64,000 nt of DNA from an uncultured candidatus Brocadiaceae bacterium (GTDB lineage: Bacteria; Planctomycetota; UBA1135; UBA2386): NCBI GenBank assembly GCA_964538915.1, contig CAZIFB010000002.1, positions 263,424 to 327,423 of the forward strand, in the 5' to 3' direction. The notes below the pieces were generated by a model. That model was given only the letters and a program-made list of their open reading frames with translations. It searched no databases and was not told the origin of the DNA. Both the position numbers and the translations under genes were made by a program. Below, in pieces: positions 19,209 through 28,271 of this stretch (the first letter of the stretch is position 1; each line of letters starts with the position of its first letter).

Positions 19209-20372
19209 ATGCGGAATCTCGTCTTCGCGATCGGACTGTCGATCGGTGTCTCAGCCCTCGGGCAGAGCCAGATCGCGCGCTTCGACTTTCAGAACCAGCT
19301 GAGCAGCGCCCAGCCGGCATTCGCCTACGTCGGCGACGTGGTCCTCAGCAAGTCGCATCAGTTCAGCGGACCCTCGTCGGATCGCGCGCTGTCGTTGCCT
19401 CTCTCGTGGAACACCGGTGGCAGCCTGAGCTTCACGGTGTGGCCCGGCTACGGGCAGACGATGGACTTCGGCCATCTCCGGTGGTTCGTGCTGCCGAACT
19501 CGCCCGGAGTCCAGGACTGTGTGCAGGGCGTCAGCATCTTCGCCAACGGTCTGCAGGTGGCGTTCCTGAACTCGATCCCGCAGAACACGGTGATCGACGT
19601 CGATCTGACCTCGTTCGCGTCGCTGCAGAACACGGTCTATCCGGTCACGTTCGACCTCGTCTTCGTCGGCAACCCGACCGGCACGTCGGCACACGAGATC
19701 GGCTTTCTCGAGGTGACCGGTTCCGCTTGTGACTTCACGATCCAGTCCGTGACCCCGACCTCGCTGCCGACGGCGACGACCGACTACTTCCAGATCCTCG
19801 GCGACGGCTTCCGCACGGCACAAGGCGTGTCGCGCGTGGTGCAGGTCAAGTTCGGCAACACGGTGCTGGTGCCGTATTCGCAGAACGCGTTCGTGGTGGG
19901 TTCCTACGAAGTCTTCTCCCAGTGGAAGGTGCGCGTTCGCCCGCCGCAGTGCATCCCGCCGGGGCAATACACGATCGAGATCCAGACCGACTGTGACGTC
20001 AAGTCCGTTCAGGTGTCGCTCGTCGATCCGACGGCGCCGGTGATCGCCACGGCGTCCACCTACCCGGCGGGAACGACCCAGTGCTTCTCGGTGCACGCCG
20101 GCGGAACCGGGCCGCAGATCATCGTTCTCTTCGCGAGCCCCCTCGATCAGCCGTCGGTCGTGCCTGGCCTGCTCGCGCTCGATCTCGCGGACAACTTCTC
20201 GCTCTACGGGATGGTGTTCGCGATCGGCGACTGCGTGAACTTCTGCCTGAACGTGCCGCTCGTGAAGATCGACACGTGCCACTACTTCCAGGCAGCGATC
20301 TGGCACAACAGCAACCTCTCGCTGACGAGCCCGCTGCCGACGACCCGGCGCGTCACGACCTGCTGGTACTGA
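19209..20372 (+). CDS. secreted protein with IPT/TIG-like domain and shared C-terminal module
   Basis: ATG at 19209 with signal MRNLVFAIGLSIGVSALGQS. IPT-like segment FTIQSVTPTSLPTATTDYFQILGDGF...YTIEIQT. GC3 is host-like although total GC is lower. Confidence 0.7.
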   Translation: MRNLVFAIGLSIGVSALGQSQIARFDFQNQLSSAQPAFAYVGDVVLSKSHQFSGPSSDRALSLPLSWNTGGSLSFTVWPGYGQTMDFGHLRWFVLPNSPGVQDCVQGVSIFANGLQVAFLNSIPQNTVIDVDLTSFASLQNTVYPVTFDLVFVGNPTGTSAHEIGFLEVTGSACDFTIQSVTPTSLPTATTDYFQILGDGFRTAQGVSRVVQVKFGNTVLVPYSQNAFVVGSYEVFSQWKVRVRPPQCIPPGQYTIEIQTDCDVKSVQVSLVDPTAPVIATASTYPAGTTQCFSVHAGGTGPQIIVLFASPLDQPSVVPGLLALDLADNFSLYGMVFAIGDCVNFCLNVPLVKIDTCHYFQAAIWHNSNLSLTSPLPTTRRVTTCWY

Positions 20373-20614
20373 GCCCCCGCCTGTGCGGGCGGCGCTCGCG
20401 GTGCCCTGGGAGCCGCCGCATTCAGCCCTGCTGCGAGCGAAAGGCACCGTAGCGCGGCGGTTCCGGTGCTACCGGACGTGCCTCGTGTCGTCCGCGACCA
20501 TGCCTCCCTCGTGGAGGGGGTTCCCCTGCCCGGTTTCGGGCGATGCCACCGAAAGGTGCCCCGGGTCCGTGGTCGATGGGATTGGCGGCAGGCAAGGCGG
20601 CGAATCCCGGCACC

Positions 20615-23308
20615 ATGCACGAAAGCAAACCAGGCACCACGCGGCGGGCGAACGGTCGCGCCGCTGCACGGGCGGGGTGGATCGTCTCGGCGATCGTTGC
20701 TGCCGTCTTTTATTCCACGGTGCCCGTCCCGCCGTTCGTCGGCGCGGCTGTCTTTCTCGGCCTCGCCGCCGTCGCGTTTGCGTGGCCGTGCCCTGCCGCG
20801 CGGATGAGCGGGGGCGCGATGGACCTCGTCGACGCCACGCCCGTGCCGACGTGGGGAACGGGGCCCGACGGCCGCGTGCAGTTCTGCAATCGCGCGTTCC
20901 ACGAATGCACTGGCCGCGATGGCAGCGGGGTGCCCGACGAAGAAGCGTTTGCCGAAGCCCTGCACCCGGAGGAGCGCGACTCGGTTCTCGCGCGGCTCGT
21001 CCAGTGTGCTTCGACCCGATCCGAATGGACGGGTGAGTTCCGCATGTGGCACCGCGACGGGCGGCACCGTTGGATGTCCGGAACGGCGCGGCCCCGCTTC
21101 GATCCGACCGGCGCGTTCCTCGGCCTCGTCGGTGGCTGCGTCGACATCGACGAACGCCGACGCGCCGCTGCGGCAGAAGCGGAGGCCCACGCACGCCTGC
21201 AAGTGTTCGTCGACCACGCCGCCGCGGCGGTCGCGATGTTCGACAAGGACATGCGCTACCTGGCATGCAGCCGGCGGTGGCTGTCGGACTACGGCCTCCA
21301 GAACGAGTCGGTCCTCGGGCGCAACCACTACGACGTCTTCCCGGAGATCCCGGAGCGGTGGAAGGAGATCCATCGCCGTTGCCTGCAGGGCGCGGTCGAG
21401 ATGTCGTCGGCCGATCACTTCGAACGGGCGGATGGCAGGTGTCAGTGGCTCCGGTGGGACGTGCGCCCGTGGCGCGCCGTCGACGGTTCGATCGGCGGCC
21501 TGATGATGTTCACCGACGACATCACGGCGACGCTCGAAGCCGCGCGCCTGCGCGAGACGACGGCGACGGTGATGGAAGCCGTCGCCGCGGATCGCCCGCT
21601 GCCCGAGGTGCTGGCGATGCTCACCACCGCGGCAGAGCAGACGTACGCCGACCTCCGGGCTTCGGTCCTGCTGCTCCGCGACGGCAAGCTGTGGCTCGGT
21701 GCGGGCCCGTCGTTGCCGCCGGACTACAACGCGGCGATCGAAGGGCTCGCGATCGGACCTTCGGTCGGCTCCTGCGGCACGGCCGCGTTCACGGGTCGAC
21801 GTGTCATCGTCGCGGACACGTGGGTCGACGCGAAGTGGGAGGTGTGTCGTGAACTCGCTCGACGGCACGATCTGCGCGCGTGCTGGTCGCAGCCCATCGT
21901 CGCTGGAGGCAGTTCGTCCGGCGCCGGCGCGCGAGTGCTCGGCACCTTCGCGATGTACTTCCGCACACCGCGCGAGCCGACGCCGCAACAGATCCGGCTG
22001 GTGGAGGACCTGGCGCACCTCGCCGCGGTCGCCATCGAACGCTGCCGCGCGAGCGAAGCGCTGCACACCACGCTGCGCGACCTCGTGGCGGCGCGTCGGC
22101 AGGCGGAAGCAGCCAGCCTGGCGAAGAGCGAGTTCCTCGCGAACATGAGTCACGAGATCCGGACCCCGATGTCGGCGATCCTCGGATTCGCGGACATCCT
22201 CGCGGACGAGCCGCTGGCTCCGCTCCTGCCGCGACAACGGCAGGAGGCCCTGGCGGCGATCCGCCGCAACGGCGACCACCTCATCGCGGTCATCAACGAC
22301 GTGCTCGACATCTCGAAGATCGAGGCGGGCAAGATGTCCGTGGAACGGATCGCCACGGACGCGCGGCAGGTGGTCGACGACGTCGTGTCGCAACTGCGAG
22401 AGCGTGCCGAAGCGAAGGGGATCGCAGTCGAGGTGGTGCACGCCGCCGACGTCCCGCGCTCGTTCCTCGCCGACCCGCTTCGCCTTCGCCAGATCCTCGT
22501 CAACCTGCTCGGCAACGCGATCAAGTTCACCGACACCGGTTCGGTCACCGTCGCGACGGAGCTCGCACCCGGCTCCGATGGTGCGCCGTGGTTGCGAGTG
22601 AAGGTCGTCGACACCGGAATCGGGATGAGCCCTGGTCAGTGTGTGTCCGTCTTCGACGCGTTCACGCAGGCCGACACGTCGACGACGCGGCGATACGGCG
22701 GCACGGGGCTCGGGCTGCGAATCTCCAAGCGGCTCGCCGAGGTCCTCGGCGGCGACATTGCGGTCGAGTCCGAACTCGGGCGCGGCAGCGTGTTCACTCT
22801 GCGGGTGCCGGCGCCTCCGGTGCCGGACGGCAACGCGTCGCCCGCTCCGGTTCGCGCGGCGATGCCCGAACGCGCCGACGCCCGGCCGTCGCTCGCGGGC
22901 GCGCGGATCCTGCTCGCGGAGGACGGCCGCGACAACCAGCGCCTGTTGACGCTGCTGCTGCACCGCGCCGGTGCCGACGTCACGATCGCGGAGAACGGGC
23001 GGGCGGCGGTGGCAGCGGTGTGCGAAGGGGCCGATCCGACCGCCGCGTTGCGCTCTCCACGCCCCTTCGATCTCGTCCTCATGGACATGCAGATGCCGGA
23101 GCTCGACGGCTACGCCGCGGCGGCGATGCTGCGAGCGAAGGGCTTCTCGGCGCCGGTGATCGCGATCACTGCACACGCCCTGGCCGGTGACCGTGAACGG
23201 TGCATCGCTGCCGGCTGCGACGACTACCTGCGCAAGCCCGTCGATCGGGTCGAATTGGTCCAAGCGTGTGTGCGTGCCATGGACCGCGGCCGACAGTCGG
23301 GCGCCTGA
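20615..23308 (+). CDS. hybrid sensor histidine kinase (TM, PAS, PAS, GAF, HisKA, HATPase_c, REC)
   Basis: H-box SHEIRTPMSAILGF, N/G boxes LLGNAIKFT and GGTGLGLRISKRL, and receiver ILLAEDGRDNQ...DLVLMDMQMPELDGY. ATG at 20615; an upstream alternative exists at 20543. Confidence 0.9.
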   Translation: MHESKPGTTRRANGRAAARAGWIVSAIVAAVFYSTVPVPPFVGAAVFLGLAAVAFAWPCPAARMSGGAMDLVDATPVPTWGTGPDGRVQFCNRAFHECTGRDGSGVPDEEAFAEALHPEERDSVLARLVQCASTRSEWTGEFRMWHRDGRHRWMSGTARPRFDPTGAFLGLVGGCVDIDERRRAAAAEAEAHARLQVFVDHAAAAVAMFDKDMRYLACSRRWLSDYGLQNESVLGRNHYDVFPEIPERWKEIHRRCLQGAVEMSSADHFERADGRCQWLRWDVRPWRAVDGSIGGLMMFTDDITATLEAARLRETTATVMEAVAADRPLPEVLAMLTTAAEQTYADLRASVLLLRDGKLWLGAGPSLPPDYNAAIEGLAIGPSVGSCGTAAFTGRRVIVADTWVDAKWEVCRELARRHDLRACWSQPIVAGGSSSGAGARVLGTFAMYFRTPREPTPQQIRLVEDLAHLAAVAIERCRASEALHTTLRDLVAARRQAEAASLAKSEFLANMSHEIRTPMSAILGFADILADEPLAPLLPRQRQEALAAIRRNGDHLIAVINDVLDISKIEAGKMSVERIATDARQVVDDVVSQLRERAEAKGIAVEVVHAADVPRSFLADPLRLRQILVNLLGNAIKFTDTGSVTVATELAPGSDGAPWLRVKVVDTGIGMSPGQCVSVFDAFTQADTSTTRRYGGTGLGLRISKRLAEVLGGDIAVESELGRGSVFTLRVPAPPVPDGNASPAPVRAAMPERADARPSLAGARILLAEDGRDNQRLLTLLLHRAGADVTIAENGRAAVAAVCEGADPTAALRSPRPFDLVLMDMQMPELDGYAAAAMLRAKGFSAPVIAITAHALAGDRERCIAAGCDDYLRKPVDRVELVQACVRAMDRGRQSGA

Positions 23309-23389
23309 GTCCCGCGCCGCCGACGCGCCCGAGGGACGAGACTCCCGGCAGGCAGCGCCGCCCTGGCGTCGAAACCGGTCGCGGGTTCG

Positions 23390-25954
23390 TCAGCGCACTC
23401 GACGAACCGGCCGCAGGCCGACACCCGAGTCGCGCGAACTCGCCGGCAGTCCCGTGCGCGCGGTCGATCGCGCGGCGAGAGGGCTGTCGACGCACGAGCC
23501 GCCGCGGACGGCGCGCGGTGCGTTCGGCGGAGTTCCGGCGCGCTGCCGCAGGCCGTCGCCCGCTCGCAGCGTGCCCTGACCGTACGCGAGCTTCTCGTCC
23601 GCGCACCATTCGGCGACGTTGCCGTGCACGTCGTAGAGGCCGAACGGATTCGGCGCGAGTGCGCCCGTTCGCTGCGGTCGGCCGCCGAACCATCCCTGCG
23701 CCGCGACGCCGAGCGGGTCCCGCCCGGTGCACCACGGTGTGTCGGTGCCCGCGCGACACGCGAATTCCCACTGCGCTTCCGTCGGCAGATGCAGGCCGGC
23801 GCGGGCCAGCGTCGCGACGGCTTCCGTCCACGCGATCCCGACCGCCGGCAACCGGGGGTCGCCGTCGACGGTTTCGCCGCCGAGGCGCGCCCACTGTCTG
23901 CGCGTGAGTTCGGTGCTCGCGATCAGGAACTCGTCGAGCGAGACCAGTTCGCCGCCGAGCTCGTCGTCGTCCGCATCGTCGTCGTTGCCGGCCATCCCGG
24001 GGTCGCCCCGGCGTGTGCCGAGTCGCAGGATCCCGGCCGGGACCAGCACGAACACGATGCCCGTGTCGGCGTCCGCGCGCAGCTTGCCGGTCGCGGGGTC
24101 GCGCGAGGGCCAGGGGTGACCCGGTGTGTGCGTGTAGAGGTCGAGGAACTCGCACAGCATCGTCGTGCGGTCGCAGCCGAGCGGAACGAGGCCCGGCAGG
24201 GGGCGCATGCGCATTCCGCGATACGCGGTGCTGGCGCCCAGGCCATCGCTCGTGGTGATCGCTGCCAGTGTCTGCTTCCACTCCGCTTCGGTCGTCTTGG
24301 CGGCGGGACGCGCGACGTCGCGTAGGAATCGGAGATCGGCGGCGATGCGGGCGTGGGGGCCGCCCGGAGCGGCGAATGCTCGCAGGGCCTCGCGCAGGCG
24401 GACCAGCGCGTTCTCGAGGTGCTCGTCGACGGGGTCCGTGAACCGCCCGCCGGGACTCCCGGCCTTCTTCGCGGCGAGGCCGCGCAGACGTTCGTCCACC
24501 TTGTCGACCTCGGCGACGAGCGGTGCTGCCTGTCCGTCGAGCCAGCTGGTGAAGGCGCTCTCGTTCTCGGGCCATGGCGGCGGGAGTGCTGCGGCGGCGC
24601 TCATCGCGGTGGCCAGGCGTTCTTCGTTGGCGAGCAGCCGGAATCCGGCGTCCGCCTTCGCGGTGACCTCGTCCTTCTGGCGTTGCACCTCGTCGAGCGA
24701 CGCGTGGGCGATGTGCAGGCCCCACGCGAGGCCGCCGATCGCCGTGAGCAATGCGACGGCGGCGAGCGCGACGGCGGCGGACTGGGCCCGGTTGCGGCGG
24801 ACGAACTTGCGCAGCCGGTACCACGTCGTCGGTGTCGCCACCTGGACCGGTTCGTCGGCGAGATGGCGGCGTAGGTCCGCCGCGAACTCACCGACCGTGC
24901 CGTAGCGCTCGTCGCGCGACTTCGCGAGCGCCTTGCCGGCGATGCCGTCGAGATCGCCGCGGAGCGCGAAGCGCCGTTCGCGCGGCGCGGCCGCGCTCGG
25001 CGGTGCGTGCCGGTGCTCCGCGATCACCGTGGCCATTCCTGCGAGACCGCGGGCGCGCAGCACGACGCCGGGGATCGGCAGCTGGTCCGTGAGCAGTTCG
25101 TAGAGCTGCACACCGAGGGCGTAGACGTCCGTGCGCGTGTCGATGTCCTCGACGCGGCCCGCCGCCTGCTCAGGGCTCATGAACTCCGGCGTGCCCATGA
25201 GCGTGCCTTGGAACGTCATCGCGCCGCCCTTCAGCAGCGGGTCGTTCAGCGACTTCGCGATGCCGAAGTCGATGATCTTCGGTTGCGGGTTCCCGTCGGG
25301 GTCCGCGACGAGCACGTTGTTGGAGCTGAGATCGCGGTGCAGCACCGCCTTCTGGTGCGCGTGCTGCATCGCGTCGAGCACCATGAGGAACAGGCGGAGC
25401 CGTTCCCGTACGGGCGCCCTCCGTTGTCGGCACCACGCGACGAGGGTCGGGCCCGACACGAGTTCCATCACGAAGTACGGACGGCCCTTCGGCGTGGCTC
25501 CGGCGTCGAGCAGGCGCGCGATGCCCGAGTGATCCATCCGGTTCAGCGCCTCGCGCTCGGCGGTGAAGCGGCCGAGGATCTCGCGCGAGTCCATGCCGGG
25601 ATTCAGCACCTTCACCGCGACCGGTCGCCGGATCGGCTCCTGTTGCTCGGCGCGATACACCGTGCCGAAGCCGCCGCGCCCCAGGATTTCCTGCAGCACG
25701 TAGACACCGAGACGCATCGGCAGGGTGTCGGCGTCCTGCAGCGCCGGCTCGCGAGGGGGCTCGCCGTGCGTCGTGGCCGGAATCGTGATCCCGCACGACC
25801 CGAGCCAGCCGCGGATCGTTCGTGCGTGACGCGACTCCCGGCGCAGGAGTTCGCGCAGCGCGTCGTCGCGGCGGCCTTCGTCGCCGTCGAGAATGCGCAA
25901 CACTTCGTCTTCGACGTGCTGCGGCAGGGTGTCGTCGTGCGGGGCCCCGGTCAT
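23390..25954 (-). CDS. transmembrane Ser/Thr protein kinase with C-terminal FGE-sulfatase (SUMF1-like) domain
   Basis: Kinase motifs GRGGFGTVY, VAVKVL, HRDLSSNNVLV, DFGIAK and GTPEFMSPEQ. TM AAVALAAVALLTAIGGLAWGL. C-terminus LPTEAQWEFACRAG...YDVHGNVAEWC...RGGS. Confidence 0.9.
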   Translation of the reverse strand: MTGAPHDDTLPQHVEDEVLRILDGDEGRRDDALRELLRRESRHARTIRGWLGSCGITIPATTHGEPPREPALQDADTLPMRLGVYVLQEILGRGGFGTVYRAEQQEPIRRPVAVKVLNPGMDSREILGRFTAEREALNRMDHSGIARLLDAGATPKGRPYFVMELVSGPTLVAWCRQRRAPVRERLRLFLMVLDAMQHAHQKAVLHRDLSSNNVLVADPDGNPQPKIIDFGIAKSLNDPLLKGGAMTFQGTLMGTPEFMSPEQAAGRVEDIDTRTDVYALGVQLYELLTDQLPIPGVVLRARGLAGMATVIAEHRHAPPSAAAPRERRFALRGDLDGIAGKALAKSRDERYGTVGEFAADLRRHLADEPVQVATPTTWYRLRKFVRRNRAQSAAVALAAVALLTAIGGLAWGLHIAHASLDEVQRQKDEVTAKADAGFRLLANEERLATAMSAAAALPPPWPENESAFTSWLDGQAAPLVAEVDKVDERLRGLAAKKAGSPGGRFTDPVDEHLENALVRLREALRAFAAPGGPHARIAADLRFLRDVARPAAKTTEAEWKQTLAAITTSDGLGASTAYRGMRMRPLPGLVPLGCDRTTMLCEFLDLYTHTPGHPWPSRDPATGKLRADADTGIVFVLVPAGILRLGTRRGDPGMAGNDDDADDDELGGELVSLDEFLIASTELTRRQWARLGGETVDGDPRLPAVGIAWTEAVATLARAGLHLPTEAQWEFACRAGTDTPWCTGRDPLGVAAQGWFGGRPQRTGALAPNPFGLYDVHGNVAEWCADEKLAYGQGTLRAGDGLRQRAGTPPNAPRAVRGGSCVDSPLAARSTARTGLPASSRDSGVGLRPVRRVR

Positions 25955-26034
25955 CGGCCCGGGATCATCGCGTCCCGCGCCGTTCGCGCCACATGCCGCT
26001 CGACGCCGCGCAGGTTCGCGTGTGCACTGGCGCC

Positions 26035-26694
26035 ATGGAGTCCGCGAAGTTCGTCCCGTACCCCGATCGCCACGTCCCCGCCGGGTCACCGGAGGCGGCG
26101 GCCGCCGCGTTCCACGACGTGATGCGCCGCCGGCGAAGCGTGCGCATGTTCAGCGACCGGCAGGTGTCGCTCGAGACCGTGCAGTGGCTCGTGCGCTGCG
26201 CCCACAGCGCGCCGAGCGGTGCCAACAAGCAGCCGTGGCGGTTCGTCTGCGTTCGCGATGCGGCGACCAAAGCACGCATTCGCGAAGGCGCCGAGGCGGA
26301 GGAACGCGAGTTCTACTCCCGTCGCGCGAACGAGGAGTGGCTGCGCGATCTGGCTCCGCTGGGCACCGACGAGAACAAGGCGTTCCTCACGATCGCGCCG
26401 TGGCTCGTCGTCGTCTTCCAGACGCTGCGTGGCGACGACGGGAGTCAGGTCTACTACCCGAAGGAGAGTGTCGGGCTCGCCTGCGGTCTGTTTCTCGCCG
26501 CGGCGCAGTGGGCGGGTCTCGCGACGCTGACGCACACCCCGAGTCCGATGGCGTTCCTCGGGCAGATCCTGGGGCGGCCGGCGCACGAACGGCCGTTCCT
26601 GCTGATCCCGGTCGGGTATCCGGCCGAGCCGTGCCTCGTGCCAGCGAAGGCGCTCGAACGCCGCCCTCTCGAAGAGGTGATGGTGGTGGTCTGA
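26035..26694 (+). CDS. nitroreductase-superfamily flavoprotein, iodotyrosine deiodinase (IYD)-like
   Basis: RRSVRMF, APSGANKQPWRFVCV, EEREFYSRR...W..DL, and TLTHTPSP...LLIPVGYP. ATG at 26035 in the frame of ORF 25822..26694. Confidence 0.85.
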   Translation: MESAKFVPYPDRHVPAGSPEAAAAAFHDVMRRRRSVRMFSDRQVSLETVQWLVRCAHSAPSGANKQPWRFVCVRDAATKARIREGAEAEEREFYSRRANEEWLRDLAPLGTDENKAFLTIAPWLVVVFQTLRGDDGSQVYYPKESVGLACGLFLAAAQWAGLATLTHTPSPMAFLGQILGRPAHERPFLLIPVGYPAEPCLVPAKALERRPLEEVMVVV

Positions 26695-26777
26695 CGAAAA
26701 AATGCCGACGGAGCGCGTGCGGTTTGCCGCGAAGGGGCCTTCCCCGGGTGTCCACGAAAACGAACCGAAGGCACCCG

Positions 26778-28238
26778 ATGAACCGCTCCCTCCTCGTCCT
26801 GCTCGCCAACGCCACGCTGACCGCCACGGCGCTCGCGCAGGGTTCCCCCGACTTCCTCGTCACCTACTCGCAGCCCGAGCAGACGTTGTCCGGCAGCGCT
26901 GGCACCGTCCTGCAGTTCCTCTACCCGAACGAGATCGCGCACCTCGAGTGGTCGAACGGCCCGTGCGCGAGCATGTCGGCCGAGAAGTGGGCGCCGCGCA
27001 CCTGCTTCCAGACGATGGCCGGTGACGAGAACAGCGACGCGTTGTTCTGGAACCCGACCCTCTTCGGCAGGATCGACGCGCTGGTCGACGTGCCGGTCGC
27101 CGGCTCGCCGATCGGTGGCCTCGCGAACGCGCGCACCGTGTTCTGGTCGCCCTCGGTCGACATGGGCATCGGCGTCAGCGGTGGGCCGGGTCTGCGCGCC
27201 GGTGACGTCGGCCGCATCGTCCGCAACTCGTCGCTCCAGGACGGTCAGGTCGAGTACTACATGCGCCGAGAGGACTTCAACTCGGCGCTCGGATTGCCGC
27301 TCAACACCATCATCGACGTCGACGCGATCGCGTGGGCCCCGGGAATGGGTGTCTACTTCTCGCTCGACCAGGACGTCTTCGCGTTCCCCGCGTGCGGTCC
27401 CACCATCATCCGCGACGGCGACATCGTGTGCGTTCCCGAGCCGTTGCTCACCTACACGTGGGACATGCGCATCCAGAGCGTGGTCCCGAACTCCGCTCAC
27501 GTCGTCTACACCGAGGCGCAGGTGGACTTCATGGTCGCCAACGCCGGCGTCGCCGATCGATTCGGCAACTGCATCCCCAACGCCGTCGACCTCGAGTCTC
27601 TCGAGATCGACTGGAACGCCCAGGCGGCGGTGATTCCCGGTTGCACCGGCCTCGTCGTACACCGCCCGCACTTCATCTTCTCGACCGAGACGATGACCGG
27701 CGCCGGCCTGCTCACGACGGTCGGCGGCGGCTCGATCTACAACGCCACGTGTGCGCCCGCTGCGACGCCTTGCGGCGGTGGTCCGACCCTCGGCTGGCAG
27801 ATGGGCGTCCAGCCGGTGAACGCCGCGCTCGGTGCACCGAGCTTCGTCAACGCGCTCACCTTCACCCGATCCGTCCGCTACTCGATGGAGCCGCAGGTCC
27901 ACGTCGCGACGAACCCGATCGGCGGCCTCCCGTTCGGCTGGCAGAACGTCGACATCAGCTCGCCCTTCCCGATCAACATCATCGTCTGGACGACGGCGCC
28001 CGTCGGCGTCAACACGGTCGCGCAGAGCTTCCCCAACCCGTTCTGGCTGCTGACGCACCCCGACTTCTATCCGATGCCCACGATCTGGACGAGCTGCCTC
28101 ACCGCGGGCGGATTCGCGACCTGGCCGATGCTGCCGCTCCCTCCCGGGTTCACCGGCAACGTGGTCTTCCAGTCGGTCGGCTTCTCGACGCTCGGCTCGA
28201 TCGAGTTCAGCACGCCGATGACTCTCGAGATCCAGTGA
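26778..28238 (+). CDS. secreted hypothetical protein with shared C-terminal module
   Basis: ATG at 26778 with signal MNRSLLVLLANATLTATALAQG. High GC3 and no recognisable catalytic motif. The tail ends NVVFQSVGFSTLGSIEFSTPMTLEIQ. Confidence 0.7.
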   Translation: MNRSLLVLLANATLTATALAQGSPDFLVTYSQPEQTLSGSAGTVLQFLYPNEIAHLEWSNGPCASMSAEKWAPRTCFQTMAGDENSDALFWNPTLFGRIDALVDVPVAGSPIGGLANARTVFWSPSVDMGIGVSGGPGLRAGDVGRIVRNSSLQDGQVEYYMRREDFNSALGLPLNTIIDVDAIAWAPGMGVYFSLDQDVFAFPACGPTIIRDGDIVCVPEPLLTYTWDMRIQSVVPNSAHVVYTEAQVDFMVANAGVADRFGNCIPNAVDLESLEIDWNAQAAVIPGCTGLVVHRPHFIFSTETMTGAGLLTTVGGGSIYNATCAPAATPCGGGPTLGWQMGVQPVNAALGAPSFVNALTFTRSVRYSMEPQVHVATNPIGGLPFGWQNVDISSPFPINIIVWTTAPVGVNTVAQSFPNPFWLLTHPDFYPMPTIWTSCLTAGGFATWPMLPLPPGFTGNVVFQSVGFSTLGSIEFSTPMTLEIQ

Positions 28239-28242
28239 GCCG

Positions 28243-28270
28243 CGCGGCGCGCCGTGCGGACGGCGCGCGC
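28243..28270. terminator. GC-rich hairpin between convergent genes (candidate bidirectional terminator)
   Basis: gcgccgt / acggcgc arms give a 9-bp perfect stem (28447-style numbering not used: arms at 28247-28255 and 28260-28268) with loop gcgg, extendable by 2 bp across a bulge. It fills the 33-nt gap between stop codons. Confidence 0.45.
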
Positions 28271-28271
28271 C

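Noticed and set aside
19209-20372. Lower overall GC (about 60%) of the IPT-domain gene as a sign of horizontal transfer.
   Set aside because: Third-codon positions remain strongly G/C-ending, as in neighbouring genes. The lower GC reflects a Ser/Thr/Val/Phe/Gln-rich beta-protein composition and not foreign origin.
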